A stretch of DNA of 64,000 nt from an uncultured virus (IMG/VR IMGVR_UViG_3300020049_012467) (taxonomy: Duplodnaviria; Heunggongvirae; Uroviricota; Caudoviricetes): IMG/VR virus record IMGVR_UViG_3300020049_012467, one strand, 5' to 3'. A program made the translations under genes and the position numbers. Under the pieces are notes generated by a model that saw nothing but the letters and a program-made list of their open reading frames with translations, was not told the DNA's origin and ran no database searches. This document shows, in pieces, positions 28,364 through 37,968 of the stretch. The number at the start of each line of letters is the position of its first letter. Positions within the stretch are counted from its first letter, which is position 1.

Positions 28364-28932
28364 TACATCGTTCCCCGGTAAGGCTTCCAGTGCGTCGGCT
28401 GTTTATGGAAAGCCCGCGTCTTCACCGCGCCATTTTCCACGTAGAAATTGACCCATTGGAGCTTGTCTTTCCGGTCTGGCAACTGCTTGGCGTAGGTGCA
28501 GTAGCTTTCGAAAATCGTGACGCCGCTGGGACTCTGGAATCCGGGAATTATTTTCTGCCCTTCTTCCGGCTGCACCTTATCGAGCGGCCTCCACTCGTCG
28601 GCAGCATAGGAGACTTTGGGGTCGGGGGCTGGCGTCTCAAGAAACGCCTCGACAGGCATTTTGGTGTTGCCTTTCTTGGCGTCATCGAACGGTGCGAGTT
28701 CAGGAAATTTTTCCGAGAAGAACTGCTCAGTGACGTGCGTCAGCTTTGCAAAGTCGGGAATGCTGACTTCGGGCCGATACTGCACGCAGATTTGGCCGTG
28801 GAGAGCGCGAACCACCAGAGCCCGCTGAACCGTTTTCTCCATGCACTCGTCTCTCGTCGTGCCGGTGGCGACCGGGGTAAATTTTTCTTCGATGCCGAAA
28901 CTGACGTATCCGATGAAATGTTGATTGGGCAT
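28363..28932 (-). CDS. Hypothetical protein with DUF551-like C-terminus
   Basis: EWRPLDKVQPEEGQ...PTHWKP pattern; GAAGGAACCACA leader. Confidence 0.6.
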   Translation of the reverse strand: MPNQHFIGYVSFGIEEKFTPVATGTTRDECMEKTVQRALVVRALHGQICVQYRPEVSIPDFAKLTHVTEQFFSEKFPELAPFDDAKKGNTKMPVEAFLETPAPDPKVSYAADEWRPLDKVQPEEGQKIIPGFQSPSGVTIFESYCTYAKQLPDRKDKLQWVNFYVENGAVKTRAFHKQPTHWKPYRGTM

Positions 28933-28944
28933 GATGTGGTTCCT

Positions 28945-29202
28945 TCAGCCGTACGCATAGAGTTGAGCGACGCCGTCTTTTTTCAGGTACACGCCGCGCA
29001 CCAGAGGACCAAAGCTGTCGCCGTCGAGCATGATCCACGATTGGACTTCGTAGCCGAGCTTGACGAGTTCCGGCGCTGCGACCTGCTGTTCCCACTTCCA
29101 GTATTCGCGCGAGTGCATGAACAGTGGGTGAGACAATATTTCTTCTGATAGCAGTTCCAGCAGGTCGAGTTCTTCTTGTTCGTTGTCTTCGGCGGCGCTC
29201 AT
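28945..29202 (-). CDS. Hypothetical early protein
   Basis: ATG at 29202 after GAAGGAACCAC, downstream of a promoter. Confidence 0.65.
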   Translation of the reverse strand: MSAAEDNEQEELDLLELLSEEILSHPLFMHSREYWKWEQQVAAPELVKLGYEVQSWIMLDGDSFGPLVRGVYLKKDGVAQLYAYG

Positions 29203-29228
29203 TGCGTGGTTCCTTCTGTTGATACGCC

Positions 29229-29257
29229 AGCCTACCACACTACGCGGGAAATGTCAC
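29229..29257 (-). promoter_or_regulatory. Sigma70-type early promoter
   Basis: GTGACA-17 nt-TAGGCT, with the same GTGTGG extended -10 as the 25322-25350 promoter. Confidence 0.6.
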
Positions 29258-29520
29258 GCCTGCCGCGATTCGTACTGATTTTCCGAGACTTGCAGCATTA
29301 CGCCGTCGTTTGTCTCGCCGCTCAGAATGCAGAATTCCGCAACGCGCGACCAGTCGACTTCCGATTGCAGCGCAATGTACGGTTTATTTTTTTCACGGTA
29401 CATCACTGCGACAGACGAGCCCACCTTCATTGGGCTGTGCAGTCCGCCGTTCCACTTGTAGTACACGCGAACCGGATCGCAAATCAGGTCAGTCTTGTCC
29501 GTCCCCACATCGATACGCAT
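29254..29520 (-). CDS. Hypothetical protein
   Basis: 88 aa with a GGAGG RBS. Confidence 0.6.
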   Translation of the reverse strand: MRIDVGTDKTDLICDPVRVYYKWNGGLHSPMKVGSSVAVMYREKNKPYIALQSEVDWSRVAEFCILSGETNDGVMLQVSENQYESRQA

Positions 29521-29552
29521 AAACGTCCTCCCTTTTGTGAAAATATTCTCGA

Positions 29553-29897
29553 CTAGAACTTTGCTGAATCGAACGTGACTACCGGGTCGTCTCCAGCTTC
29601 CATTACGGCGCGGAACGAGAAGGTCGGAAAGGTCATATGCAAGATGTACGAAACGCTGATCACCAGCTTGCCTTCAGCAACCACAGACGGCGGATTATTT
29701 CTTTCATCGCACGTGACCAGAAAGTTCCTGATGAGTCTTTGATCCCGCAGACGTTTGAAAATCTCGCGCACATCGGACGTGGCGCCGTACTCGACGAGCT
29801 TGCGATCCGTCAGGTCTAGGAAGATTGGCGCATACGCCTTCATGGCGGCGGCAATGTCCTGTTGCAGCTTGTCGTGGTCGAATTCGTGAGGTGACAT
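29553..29897 (-). CDS. Stand-alone tail-sheath C-terminal-domain-like protein
   Basis: FLVTCDERNNPPSVVAEGKLVISV matches the sheath C-terminal motif FxVxCDxxNNxPxxxxxGxL. Confidence 0.6.
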   Translation of the reverse strand: MSPHEFDHDKLQQDIAAAMKAYAPIFLDLTDRKLVEYGATSDVREIFKRLRDQRLIRNFLVTCDERNNPPSVVAEGKLVISVSYILHMTFPTFSFRAVMEAGDDPVVTFDSAKF

Positions 29898-30142
29898 TAT
29901 TTCGTCGCTTTCTTGAGGGCTTGCTTTGCGATCCACTTTTCCAGCTTGCGCCAGACCTTTTCGGAAATCTCGACTTCAACGCGCTTGCCGCGCTGGTTGA
30001 TGTAGATGGCGGTGCGGATGACGGGGTTCGGCTCAAAATCGCCGGGGCCGCGAGAAATAATTCCGCCTTCGACACCCTTTTGCTTGAGGCCGATGAACTG
30101 AGACTTTGAACTCGTAATCTTGTCGAACAGGGCGTCGGCCAT
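29897..30142 (-). CDS. Hypothetical protein
   Basis: 81-aa coupled ORF. Confidence 0.55.
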   Translation of the reverse strand: MADALFDKITSSKSQFIGLKQKGVEGGIISRGPGDFEPNPVIRTAIYINQRGKRVEVEISEKVWRKLEKWIAKQALKKATK

Positions 30143-30462
30143 CAGCTTTTCACCTTTCGTCTGTGCCAGCCATTCTTTTCAGGATGCAGGCGAATGGGTT
30201 CGTACTCATCCACAAAGCGCTTGAACGCGGCAATGAGCGTGTTCTTTGACTCGCCGCTGGCGTTGCGAAACCCCGTAAGGTTCTGCATGTGGTGCGGGCG
30301 CTGTATGAAAAATTTCACTTCGTCGTAGCGAAACAGTTGCATGTTGTCCATATCGGACACGTGTTTGAAGATTATGCCACCACTGACGTCGCATACATAA
30401 ACGCACCACTCGTCGTCGTTCAGCAGAAGATGGATGGTGGATAATTTTTTCCGATCCGGCAC
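30142..30462 (-). CDS. Hypothetical protein
   Basis: 106-aa coupled ORF. Confidence 0.55.
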   Translation of the reverse strand: MPDRKKLSTIHLLLNDDEWCVYVCDVSGGIIFKHVSDMDNMQLFRYDEVKFFIQRPHHMQNLTGFRNASGESKNTLIAAFKRFVDEYEPIRLHPEKNGWHRRKVKS

Positions 30463-30463
30463 G

Positions 30464-30814
30464 TCACTGGCCTAGCTTGTAGTTGGCGAGAACTGTTTCC
30501 GTAACGCCGAAGAAGTGTTCGCCACGCGGCGTCAGCGTGAGGTTGCCTTCAGCCTTCATCTGCACCAGCGCTTCGGCACAATTTGCAAACAAGCGAGCGT
30601 GGTCGATTTTTTCCTTGCACAAGGCAGGATCGACCAAGAGCGCGTAGCCGTGCAGAACCAGCGGTGGGTACTTGGCTTCGAATTCATTGGCGCCGGGCCT
30701 GCGATGGAAGACGTGATCGTAGTCGGGGCCAAGCTCACGGAAAATTTTCGCAATCTTCTCGTAGGTGTCATCCGACACTGGAATTGAAGCGTAGGTGTGT
30801 GTGGAGCGCGTCAT
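30464..30814 (-). CDS. Hypothetical protein
   Basis: 116-aa ORF. Confidence 0.6.
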   Translation of the reverse strand: MTRSTHTYASIPVSDDTYEKIAKIFRELGPDYDHVFHRRPGANEFEAKYPPLVLHGYALLVDPALCKEKIDHARLFANCAEALVQMKAEGNLTLTPRGEHFFGVTETVLANYKLGQ

Positions 30815-30925
30815 GGTTCATCCGTGAGATAGGCCGCAATGTGGCCTCTGATTGGCGTGTCGTCGTGGATCAGCTTTTCCAGCTTTGCGGCAGGGACGGA
30901 AAACTGCGTCTCCCACTCGCCGCCG

Positions 30926-31705
30926 CTACTGGTCTGAAACAGGATCACTCTGCTGCGCCTGATTATTTTCGCTATCAGGCGTTTCCTCGTCGGCTTCGGC
31001 TTCATCGCTGTGATCTTCGATGACGGTATCGAACTCGGTATCGAACGCATGTGTCTCAGCGTGCCGTTCATAGTCTTCTCCAAATCCCATCAGGTGAATG
31101 ACGTCACGCATGTTGCCGAGCGTGTAGTCGTCGAAATTTTTCTTGAACACCATCAGGTCGCGCATCACCATGAGCGAAACCTGATACATGTCCTGCCGCA
31201 TGTCGCGGTCGATTTCCTGCATTGTCTTGTGGCGCTTGCTCTCAAACACGTAGAGATTGTAGCAGTGCGTGAGCGTGAGACGCGAAACGATGGGGCCGCG
31301 ACCAACATCGGCGCGATATTTTGCTTTCGCCAGACGCTCAAGGTCGGCCTCGCTCCATCCAGTGCAGCCGTACGCATCGACAACGTAGCGCGCAATCTCG
31401 CTTTTCTGTTCTTCCGTCATGGGCGTTTTCGCCGCGTACATGTACGAAGACACGATTTCTTGGAGAGGGATTTCAGTGTTCATTGGCAACTCGCTTAATT
31501 TTTTCCAGAATTCCGGATTGTGGGGAACGTCTTCGTCCACCATGTAGGTGGGGTCAGACATGTTGGCGACTTCTTCAGAGGCGACAGACTCTTGCAGTGC
31601 CTTCCAGACCTTGCTTCGCGTCTCTTGCCATTGCGGGTTTTCGTCAATGACGCGGCGACGCAAGTGATCTTCAACTACGGCGCCGCTGAAAATTTTGTTG
31701 TCCAT
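30926..31705 (-). CDS. Hypothetical protein
   Basis: 259-aa ORF with an acidic tail. Confidence 0.65.
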   Translation of the reverse strand: MDNKIFSGAVVEDHLRRRVIDENPQWQETRSKVWKALQESVASEEVANMSDPTYMVDEDVPHNPEFWKKLSELPMNTEIPLQEIVSSYMYAAKTPMTEEQKSEIARYVVDAYGCTGWSEADLERLAKAKYRADVGRGPIVSRLTLTHCYNLYVFESKRHKTMQEIDRDMRQDMYQVSLMVMRDLMVFKKNFDDYTLGNMRDVIHLMGFGEDYERHAETHAFDTEFDTVIEDHSDEAEADEETPDSENNQAQQSDPVSDQ

Positions 31706-31730
31706 GACGTTTTCCCTTTCGGTTGTGTAT

Positions 31731-32081
31731 TTACCCCCGTGGGCTGCGTCGCGTCGACTCGTGCGTGCGGTTGATACGGGAGCGAATCTCGGACGATGAC
31801 AGCATGGAAACCGGGGTCACGTCTTCCATGATGACGGGATTGGTGACCACGGCTCCGGGCAAGTGCTCGTTGTTCCGATATTTTTTCAACTCGACGTGAA
31901 CGCGTTCGCATTCAGCCGCCAGTTGCGCGAGAACCTTGTTCTGTCCGTGGATGCGCTCGTCGGCCATGGACTCGACGTTGTGCGCGTGCAGGGCTAGGCC
32001 AATGCATTTCTCGATGAGTTCTTCGTGCGTCAACTTTTCGAAATATTTCTTCAAAGCGTTGCGGTTAGGTGAGTCTGGCAT
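31731..32081 (-). CDS. Hypothetical coiled-coil protein
   Basis: Start reassigned to MPDSPN at 32081 (GGAG RBS). Confidence 0.6.
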   Translation of the reverse strand: MPDSPNRNALKKYFEKLTHEELIEKCIGLALHAHNVESMADERIHGQNKVLAQLAAECERVHVELKKYRNNEHLPGAVVTNPVIMEDVTPVSMLSSSEIRSRINRTHESTRRSPRG

Positions 32082-32154
32082 GTCTGGCTCCAAAACGAAA
32101 ATAGCCCAGCAGCGTTTCCGCCACCGGGCTATTTTACCATACTCGCAGGACAGC

Positions 32155-32403
32155 CTATTTCTTGAGGCCAACCACGTCGCCAAACCAGTGGAAAGCCAAC
32201 GCTCCAATGCCGGTCGCGACGACAGCGATGAACGCAATTGCGAGAACCGCGTAGGTCAGTTCTCCAAAGCTGCGGTTGTCCAGCCACGTGCGCTCAGACG
32301 GATCAAAGCTTTCCACTTCGAATTCAGGCTCAGCCCTGACAGGTTCTTTCAGGTTGTCCCCAAAGACACGATGTGTCATTATTTCTTCTCTCCCAATAGG
32401 CAA
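32155..32403 (-). CDS. Small membrane protein
   Basis: Single hydrophobic segment YAVLAIAFIAVVATGIGALAF. Confidence 0.55.
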   Translation of the reverse strand: MPIGREEIMTHRVFGDNLKEPVRAEPEFEVESFDPSERTWLDNRSFGELTYAVLAIAFIAVVATGIGALAFHWFGDVVGLKK

Positions 32404-32492
32404 GTTGGTTACGTGCGAATCAGCACGCGTCGTTAGTATATACTCTACTGGTTAATGAAGGGTTAACGAGCGCAAATGCCCTGCAAACCGCG

Positions 32493-34115
32493 CTAGAAAC
32501 GTTTCTTGCCGCGCATAACACCCTTAGTGGGTTGCTTGCGTCCCATATCGTAAATTTTTCCGCGTATGTTTGGCGAGAGCAGATAGCGAATCGGTTTCTT
32601 GGCCTTGTTGCCGGGCAGGTATGGGTGGATGGCCCTGAACAGGATTGTCGCAAAGCATCCGCGCGAAGCGTTGAAATCATCAACGAATATTTTCACAACT
32701 GGCTGACGCTTGCCTTCCAGCGGCGTGCATGGCCGGTTCGCCAACTGGTAGAACATGTTCCAGTCAGACATTGGGTAGGTGAGATAGAGCAAGGTCGGGC
32801 GATACATGTCGATGCCCTGCTTGATCATCGAGTCCATGGCAATCAGAACTTTGGTTTGCTTTTTTTCCACGGCTCTGAGAATGTCGGGGGTCGATTTGCC
32901 CTTGTCCTTGCGGTCGTAGAGCATCTGCACGGCGTCATTGCCAAACTCGCGCCGCAGCGCTTCGTGGTAGATTGACATGTAGCGCTTCGTGCGAACCGGG
33001 ATGATTACGCACGTGTGGTTATTTTTTTCGATATCGCGCTTGAGGTTCTTGACGATGAGCTTGAGACGTTTCTTGTCCGTCTCCATACGCTTCATCATCT
33101 GGTGCCATTGAAATTTTCCCGGTGGCAGTGAAAAGCCGGTTTCCACAACGTCGATTTCCGGAACGAGCGCAGAGGACGTAGCCTTGGCGACAACCTTGCC
33201 GAGGATCATGCGGCCGATCAGGTGGCGATTGTCGCGGCGATCTGGCGTTGCCGACAGGCCAAGACGAAACGTCGAGTCGATGGAGTTGATGAACATTGCG
33301 TACGCGGTTGCAGAACCTTGGTGCGCTTCGTCGATGCAAACGAGGCCAAAATTTCCACGGATCAGCTTGCGCAGGCGCTTCTTGCCGAGCTTGGTGATAA
33401 ACTTCTGGTAGTTGACCAGCACCACAGAAGCCTTGGAAATTTTTTCTGCTGTCAGCTTCTCGGGCTGATCGCCAATGTTGAGCACAATGTCTTTCACGTC
33501 GAGGCCACGGCGCTCTGCAATGCGTTTGGCGTTTGTGTGTGCGTGGAAGGTGCGCTCGAACTGATCGAGTAGCGGTTTCTTGTGAGCGACAATGAGGGTC
33601 CGCATGCCGATGGCGCAGGAAATATATGTCGCCAGCATTGTCTTGCCGCTACGCGGGGGAGCTTCAATGAAGCCGCCACCAGCTTTCGCCCACTTGTTGA
33701 CGAGCCGAACCTGATTGTTGGTCGGCCGTCCTTGGAATTTTTCTTTTCCGGTGAAAAGCTTGCCGGTGAACTTGAGCTTGCGAGGCATTGGAGGCCGCGC
33801 GCGTCTGTCATCCGTCAGAACTTCGTCGTCGTAGTCTACGTTGAACAGCTTTTCAATGAGAGCGCGGTCGCCCCACGGCACAGACACGTATGCCTTGCCG
33901 TTGAAGCGCCGCACGTCCCACATGACAATTTTTTCCAGATACGCCGGGCAACCGTCGCAAAGGAAGTCGTGTCGGTTCTCAAGATTGTCGCACGAAGCGC
34001 ACTGCTGTTCCTTGTAGATGCGTTTCGTGAAGAACGCGTCAAGATCGACGTCGCGCGCTGCCTTTGCACGGATGTTCGCCGTGCGATCCAGAATCAGGAG
34101 AGGGTAGCGCGCCAT
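32493..34115 (-). CDS. SF2 DEAH-box helicase (UvsW/XPB-like) with N-terminal Zn finger
   Basis: APPRSGKT, CIDEAH, GLSATP and QGID motifs; CASC...CDGC at the N-terminus. Confidence 0.88.
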   Translation of the reverse strand: MARYPLLILDRTANIRAKAARDVDLDAFFTKRIYKEQQCASCDNLENRHDFLCDGCPAYLEKIVMWDVRRFNGKAYVSVPWGDRALIEKLFNVDYDDEVLTDDRRARPPMPRKLKFTGKLFTGKEKFQGRPTNNQVRLVNKWAKAGGGFIEAPPRSGKTMLATYISCAIGMRTLIVAHKKPLLDQFERTFHAHTNAKRIAERRGLDVKDIVLNIGDQPEKLTAEKISKASVVLVNYQKFITKLGKKRLRKLIRGNFGLVCIDEAHQGSATAYAMFINSIDSTFRLGLSATPDRRDNRHLIGRMILGKVVAKATSSALVPEIDVVETGFSLPPGKFQWHQMMKRMETDKKRLKLIVKNLKRDIEKNNHTCVIIPVRTKRYMSIYHEALRREFGNDAVQMLYDRKDKGKSTPDILRAVEKKQTKVLIAMDSMIKQGIDMYRPTLLYLTYPMSDWNMFYQLANRPCTPLEGKRQPVVKIFVDDFNASRGCFATILFRAIHPYLPGNKAKKPIRYLLSPNIRGKIYDMGRKQPTKGVMRGKKRF

Positions 34116-34118
34116 ACA

Positions 34119-34256
34119 TCAATCGTTCTTCTTGAATTTTTCTGCCAGCTTGGCTTTCCAGACCGGCCAGTTGTTGTTGACGTACCTCGCCGCAAACAGC
34201 AGAGCGAGGATTGTGACTACGACGACTGTGCCGCCAATCAGGGTTTCAGGTTTCAT
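34119..34256 (-). CDS. Very small membrane protein (not in ORF track)
   Basis: MKPETLIGGTVVVVTILALLFAARY... fills the gap, with an ATGA overlap. Confidence 0.45.
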   Translation of the reverse strand: MKPETLIGGTVVVVTILALLFAARYVNNNWPVWKAKLAEKFKKND

Positions 34257-34453
34257 TTTTTCTCTCTTGCGTTCTTCGCAGCGTCTTCACGTTCGCGCCG
34301 CCGCCTGCGCGCCTTCATCTTCATGGTAGGGATGACGTTGAGGAACAGGTAAGACAAGCCGTACAGGGCGGCGATAATGCTGCCCACCAACAGGAACGGA
34401 AAAAATTCGTATCCGAGCCAAGCGTTGAAGCCGTCTTGCGCTGTAATCCCCAT
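34253..34453 (-). CDS. Small membrane protein
   Basis: TM segment plus basic tail; AGGAGG RBS. Confidence 0.6.
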   Translation of the reverse strand: MGITAQDGFNAWLGYEFFPFLLVGSIIAALYGLSYLFLNVIPTMKMKARRRRREREDAAKNAREKK

Positions 34454-34462
34454 AAAGTCCTC

Positions 34463-34816
34463 CTACTGTCCGAGTGCAACCAGATTGCGAGCCATGGCGC
34501 GTGTCGTCAGGTTGCGAGCACCAACTTGGTTTAACGCATCGACAACGTACTTGCCGCCAAGGCGTTTCGATACGACGAACAGGTAGAAATTATTCAGTCT
34601 GTCGCTGCGGACCAGTTGCGCCGTGTCGACTTGAAGCGAGCCGTCCGCAGTCTCGATGAGGAATTTATCCACATCGCCAAGGTGTTTGACTACGTCGGTG
34701 ATTTCAATGATGGCCACAGTGAACGGTGCATTGCTGACGCCGCCGCCGACTGCAACTTCCTCTGTCGCTTGGTTGTCACTGACTTCCCGCCAGTCATTCC
34801 AGTTGAACGTCAGCAT
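34463..34816 (-). CDS. Hypothetical protein
   Basis: 117 aa. Its N-terminus FNWNDW resembles IHWNDW of the next gene, so they may be paralogues. Confidence 0.6.
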   Translation of the reverse strand: MLTFNWNDWREVSDNQATEEVAVGGGVSNAPFTVAIIEITDVVKHLGDVDKFLIETADGSLQVDTAQLVRSDRLNNFYLFVVSKRLGGKYVVDALNQVGARNLTTRAMARNLVALGQ

Positions 34817-35139
34817 TATTTCCTCGCAGGGATGATTTCAGGCGTTGTCACTGGAGGCGTCCAGTCTTCAGTGAACGCTTTGTTAAACTGGTTGGCAATG
34901 AATTTCCCACCGCCAGAACCCTTGGACACGAGATACACCGCGTACTCGTACAGCGGCGTCAGGGCACGGTCCAACTCAAAACACAACGCACCGTTCTCGA
35001 TGGAATATTTCTCAATGTCCACGAGAGCTTCCACTGGTGTCGTCAGTCGCACCACAGCGACGATGCGCGGAGTGTTTTCATCGTCACCTTTGAAGACGAC
35101 GTTCGACCAGTCGTTCCAGTGTATGATGTGTTGTTGCAT
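34816..35139 (-). CDS. Hypothetical protein
   Basis: 107-aa coupled ORF. Confidence 0.6.
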   Translation of the reverse strand: MQQHIIHWNDWSNVVFKGDDENTPRIVAVVRLTTPVEALVDIEKYSIENGALCFELDRALTPLYEYAVYLVSKGSGGGKFIANQFNKAFTEDWTPPVTTPEIIPARK

Positions 35140-35706
35140 TTATTTCTTTGCCTTCGCCTTGGCCGGTTTGCGCTTGGCGGCTTTCTTGGCCGGTTTCTTG
35201 GCAGCCTTTTTGACAGGCTTGCGTTTGCGCGCCAGCGGAATGGACTCTGCGGCGGGCGGAACAGAGGACGCATCATCAATGACGCCCATGGCAGGCAGAG
35301 CGTCACCGAGTTCGATGAAACGTGTCTTCGACATTTTTTTCTCCAGTTCTCTCATGAGAGTTGATGTAGTCTGCATGGTGTCGCCAACGCCGTTCGCTAG
35401 CAACGAGAGTGCTTCTCTTTGAGCGTTCATCATGGTGCCAATCTCTGTCAGCCCCATCGCGTAGGACGGCAGCACGTCGATTGCGGCGCACTTTGTGTTC
35501 AGCGTTTGCAGTCCAGTGTTAATCTTGCCCATCCACGCGAGCAGGACGTTGTACTCGACAGATATTTCCTCCCGCTGTCTGGCAACCTGCGCCGTCAGTC
35601 GACTCATTTGTCTCAGCAGCAGAATGAGGCCGACGCCGCCCGCAACAATGAGGATGGCGGCGCCAATGAGCGCAATAGCCATGAGAACGAGGAATTCGTG
35701 GTCCAT
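35140..35706 (-). CDS. Membrane-anchored coiled-coil protein with Lys/Ala-rich tail
   Basis: N-terminal TM segment; C-terminal KKAAKKPAKK. Confidence 0.65.
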   Translation of the reverse strand: MDHEFLVLMAIALIGAAILIVAGGVGLILLLRQMSRLTAQVARQREEISVEYNVLLAWMGKINTGLQTLNTKCAAIDVLPSYAMGLTEIGTMMNAQREALSLLANGVGDTMQTTSTLMRELEKKMSKTRFIELGDALPAMGVIDDASSVPPAAESIPLARKRKPVKKAAKKPAKKAAKRKPAKAKAKK

Positions 35707-35717
35707 GAAATAATCTC

Positions 35718-36263
35718 CTAGATATTGCGGCCTTTACCGGCGGTGAGTTGAAGAACGGACGTGGTGCGTGAAACGGCCCAACCAGCTTCATCCAGATCGC
35801 CAATCAGCATGTCGGCAATCTTGACAATCATCTGCAATTTTTTCATGAACATCACTTCGCGTTCGAACAGGGATTTGACGAACCCTTCGCGGTCGCCCTT
35901 GGTTTTCGAAGCGACAATGTGAGCTACCTCTGACGGGTAGGTGTGGAGAATGTAGCGGGTCAGCGCGCCAAGGTGATCCTCGATCAGCGCCGACACGTTA
36001 TATATTTCCATCTTCATTTCGACTACGCGCGACCGGATGGACTGGTTGCGCATGAGCATGTCCACCAGATCGCGCTGGGCATTCTCAATCAGCTTTGCAG
36101 CCGTGGCGCGGCGTTCGCGACGCGTCGTGTGCATCGAACGCATTTCTTCCTTGTAGGCGTCAGACTTGTCGTTCTTGCGCAGCTTGCGGATGCGGTCGCG
36201 AAATTTCTTGACGCGCGGGTCCTTCAGGATTTTCTGTTCTGCGCCGACAAACTTGACAGCCAT
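35718..36263 (-). CDS. Hypothetical helical protein
   Basis: 181-aa ORF in the replication block. Confidence 0.65.
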   Translation of the reverse strand: MAVKFVGAEQKILKDPRVKKFRDRIRKLRKNDKSDAYKEEMRSMHTTRRERRATAAKLIENAQRDLVDMLMRNQSIRSRVVEMKMEIYNVSALIEDHLGALTRYILHTYPSEVAHIVASKTKGDREGFVKSLFEREVMFMKKLQMIVKIADMLIGDLDEAGWAVSRTTSVLQLTAGKGRNI

Positions 36264-36266
36264 GGA

Positions 36267-36902
36267 TTATTTCTTTGTCTTTGCGGCGCGCGACAGTGCT
36301 TCGTATGCTTCCGCGCGCGTCGGACGCTTATGTTCTGCGCGAGGCGGCGGGGGCGGGGGCGGCAAAGGACGCGGACCATCCGGAGGCGGCGGATTGACGT
36401 TGGCCGACTCTTTCGGAACGGGCTTCGGCTCCGAGAATACGCCAGTGTCGGATTTTTTCACGTCTTCAACCGTCACTTCGCCAGTGACGTATTTGGGAAT
36501 GAAGATGGACTTGCCGAACTGGCCGTCGATAATCTGCCACTCGACCTTCTGGCTTTCCATCTGAAGCATGCCCGGCAGGTTCTTGACTGTGAACCATTTG
36601 CCAGAAGACTTTTCGCCCTTGCTCTTGCGCAGAGAAATATTTCCTCCACGCGAAGCCGATATGAGCATCTGGCCCTGCTTGGCGCCGGTGCCGAGGCGAA
36701 CAGTGATTGCGTTCACTTCTTCGGAAAGCCACGAGCGGTTTTCGGCGTCAACAAGCTGATCGAGAATGGAATTGCCAATGAAGGCGCGGAACACCATCGT
36801 CTTGCCGCGCGGAGCGGGGCGGGCCGACAGGAACAACCCAAGAGAGCGCTCGGTATTATTTTCTGGAACAAAGTCCTCGAAGTCGTTCTCGTCGAAAGTC
36901 AT
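36267..36902 (-). CDS. Hypothetical protein with Pro-rich tail
   Basis: 211-aa ORF. Confidence 0.65.
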   Translation of the reverse strand: MTFDENDFEDFVPENNTERSLGLFLSARPAPRGKTMVFRAFIGNSILDQLVDAENRSWLSEEVNAITVRLGTGAKQGQMLISASRGGNISLRKSKGEKSSGKWFTVKNLPGMLQMESQKVEWQIIDGQFGKSIFIPKYVTGEVTVEDVKKSDTGVFSEPKPVPKESANVNPPPPDGPRPLPPPPPPPRAEHKRPTRAEAYEALSRAAKTKK

Positions 36903-36967
36903 GTCTCAACCCTTCTCCGTAAATGGCTTTCCTCCAACCATTTACCAGATACAGATTGAGCGCAGCG

Positions 36968-37465
36968 TCAGCCGCCCATTTTGCCGGTTTTCTTCTTGCC
37001 GAACATGCCAAAGGATTTTTTCTTGCCCTTCGGATTTGCCTTGCGTTCCTTGGCTGCGGCTTTGGCCGCTTCCTTTCTGGCAGCGTGTTCAGCCGCCAGA
37101 GCTTCCGCCCGCTTCTTGAAGAACTTGTCGCCAATCTTCTTGAAATATTTCCCGTCAATGCCGCACTTCTTCTCGTCCACGCGCACGAGAGCGGCGACTT
37201 GGCCGAGGAACTTGTCGTGGTTGCAGGATGAACCGTTCTCAGGATCGCGTTTGGCGAAATCGTAGAACAGGCAATCGACGCAGCGCACGCGTGGCGTCAC
37301 TGGCGGCGGCATCTTTGGAGCCTTGCCGCGCGGAAGGTGCGCTGTGCTTTCGATGAGAGGTTTGGATTTTTTCTTCTCGGGAGAGGGCTTGCCTTTCGGT
37401 TTGCCCATCAATCCCGTTGGCGAGTCAGTCTTGTCGACGTTTAATTTTTTGAAGCCCATCTTCAT
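36968..37465 (-). CDS. Basic Cys-containing protein
   Basis: CVDC...C...C motif; Lys-rich. Confidence 0.6.
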   Translation of the reverse strand: MKMGFKKLNVDKTDSPTGLMGKPKGKPSPEKKKSKPLIESTAHLPRGKAPKMPPPVTPRVRCVDCLFYDFAKRDPENGSSCNHDKFLGQVAALVRVDEKKCGIDGKYFKKIGDKFFKKRAEALAAEHAARKEAAKAAAKERKANPKGKKKSFGMFGKKKTGKMGG

Positions 37466-37503
37466 GGCGAGTATCCCCTGTTGTCGCCATGAAGATAACT
37501 CAA

Positions 37504-37941
37504 CTAGCTCGCTTTGGCAACGTCGATCATTACGTTGCTGTCCGTCATGATGGCGGCGGCGCAGTTGTGTTCGTCTACGTACATGACGAAATTGACGCCC
37601 GTAAAAGACAATTTGGGCAGTTGATCGGATTTACCAATGGCGCGCTTTGGCGCAATCGACACGAGATTTGGATTGAGGTTGAGCTTCATGGCGCCGGAAA
37701 AACGAAACGCATGTCCAACGGGAATGGTTTCCGACTTCAACTCCAATATTTTCACAAACCCGGACTCATGCACAATGTCGCCCATGACGGGCGTATGCGA
37801 GTATGGCTTGCGATGGAGAATTGCGACCGGGGCGTCATCGTTGCGTGTGTTGAAGAACTGCCCCACGCGACTACTGTGCAGGATGAATTCGTTCAAGGAA
37901 ATGTTCACTCTATCCTCCAAGCGCGGTGCTGCGCTCCACAA
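37504..37941 (-). CDS. Hypothetical protein (possible degenerate dUTPase-like fold; start uncertain)
   Basis: The TIPVGH...SGAMKL...IAPKR spacing is only loosely dUTPase-like. Confidence 0.4.
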   Translation of the reverse strand: MWSAAPRLEDRVNISLNEFILHSSRVGQFFNTRNDDAPVAILHRKPYSHTPVMGDIVHESGFVKILELKSETIPVGHAFRFSGAMKLNLNPNLVSIAPKRAIGKSDQLPKLSFTGVNFVMYVDEHNCAAAIMTDSNVMIDVAKAS

Positions 37942-37968
37942 AGATTAGAGTGAAAATTTACCCGGTCC

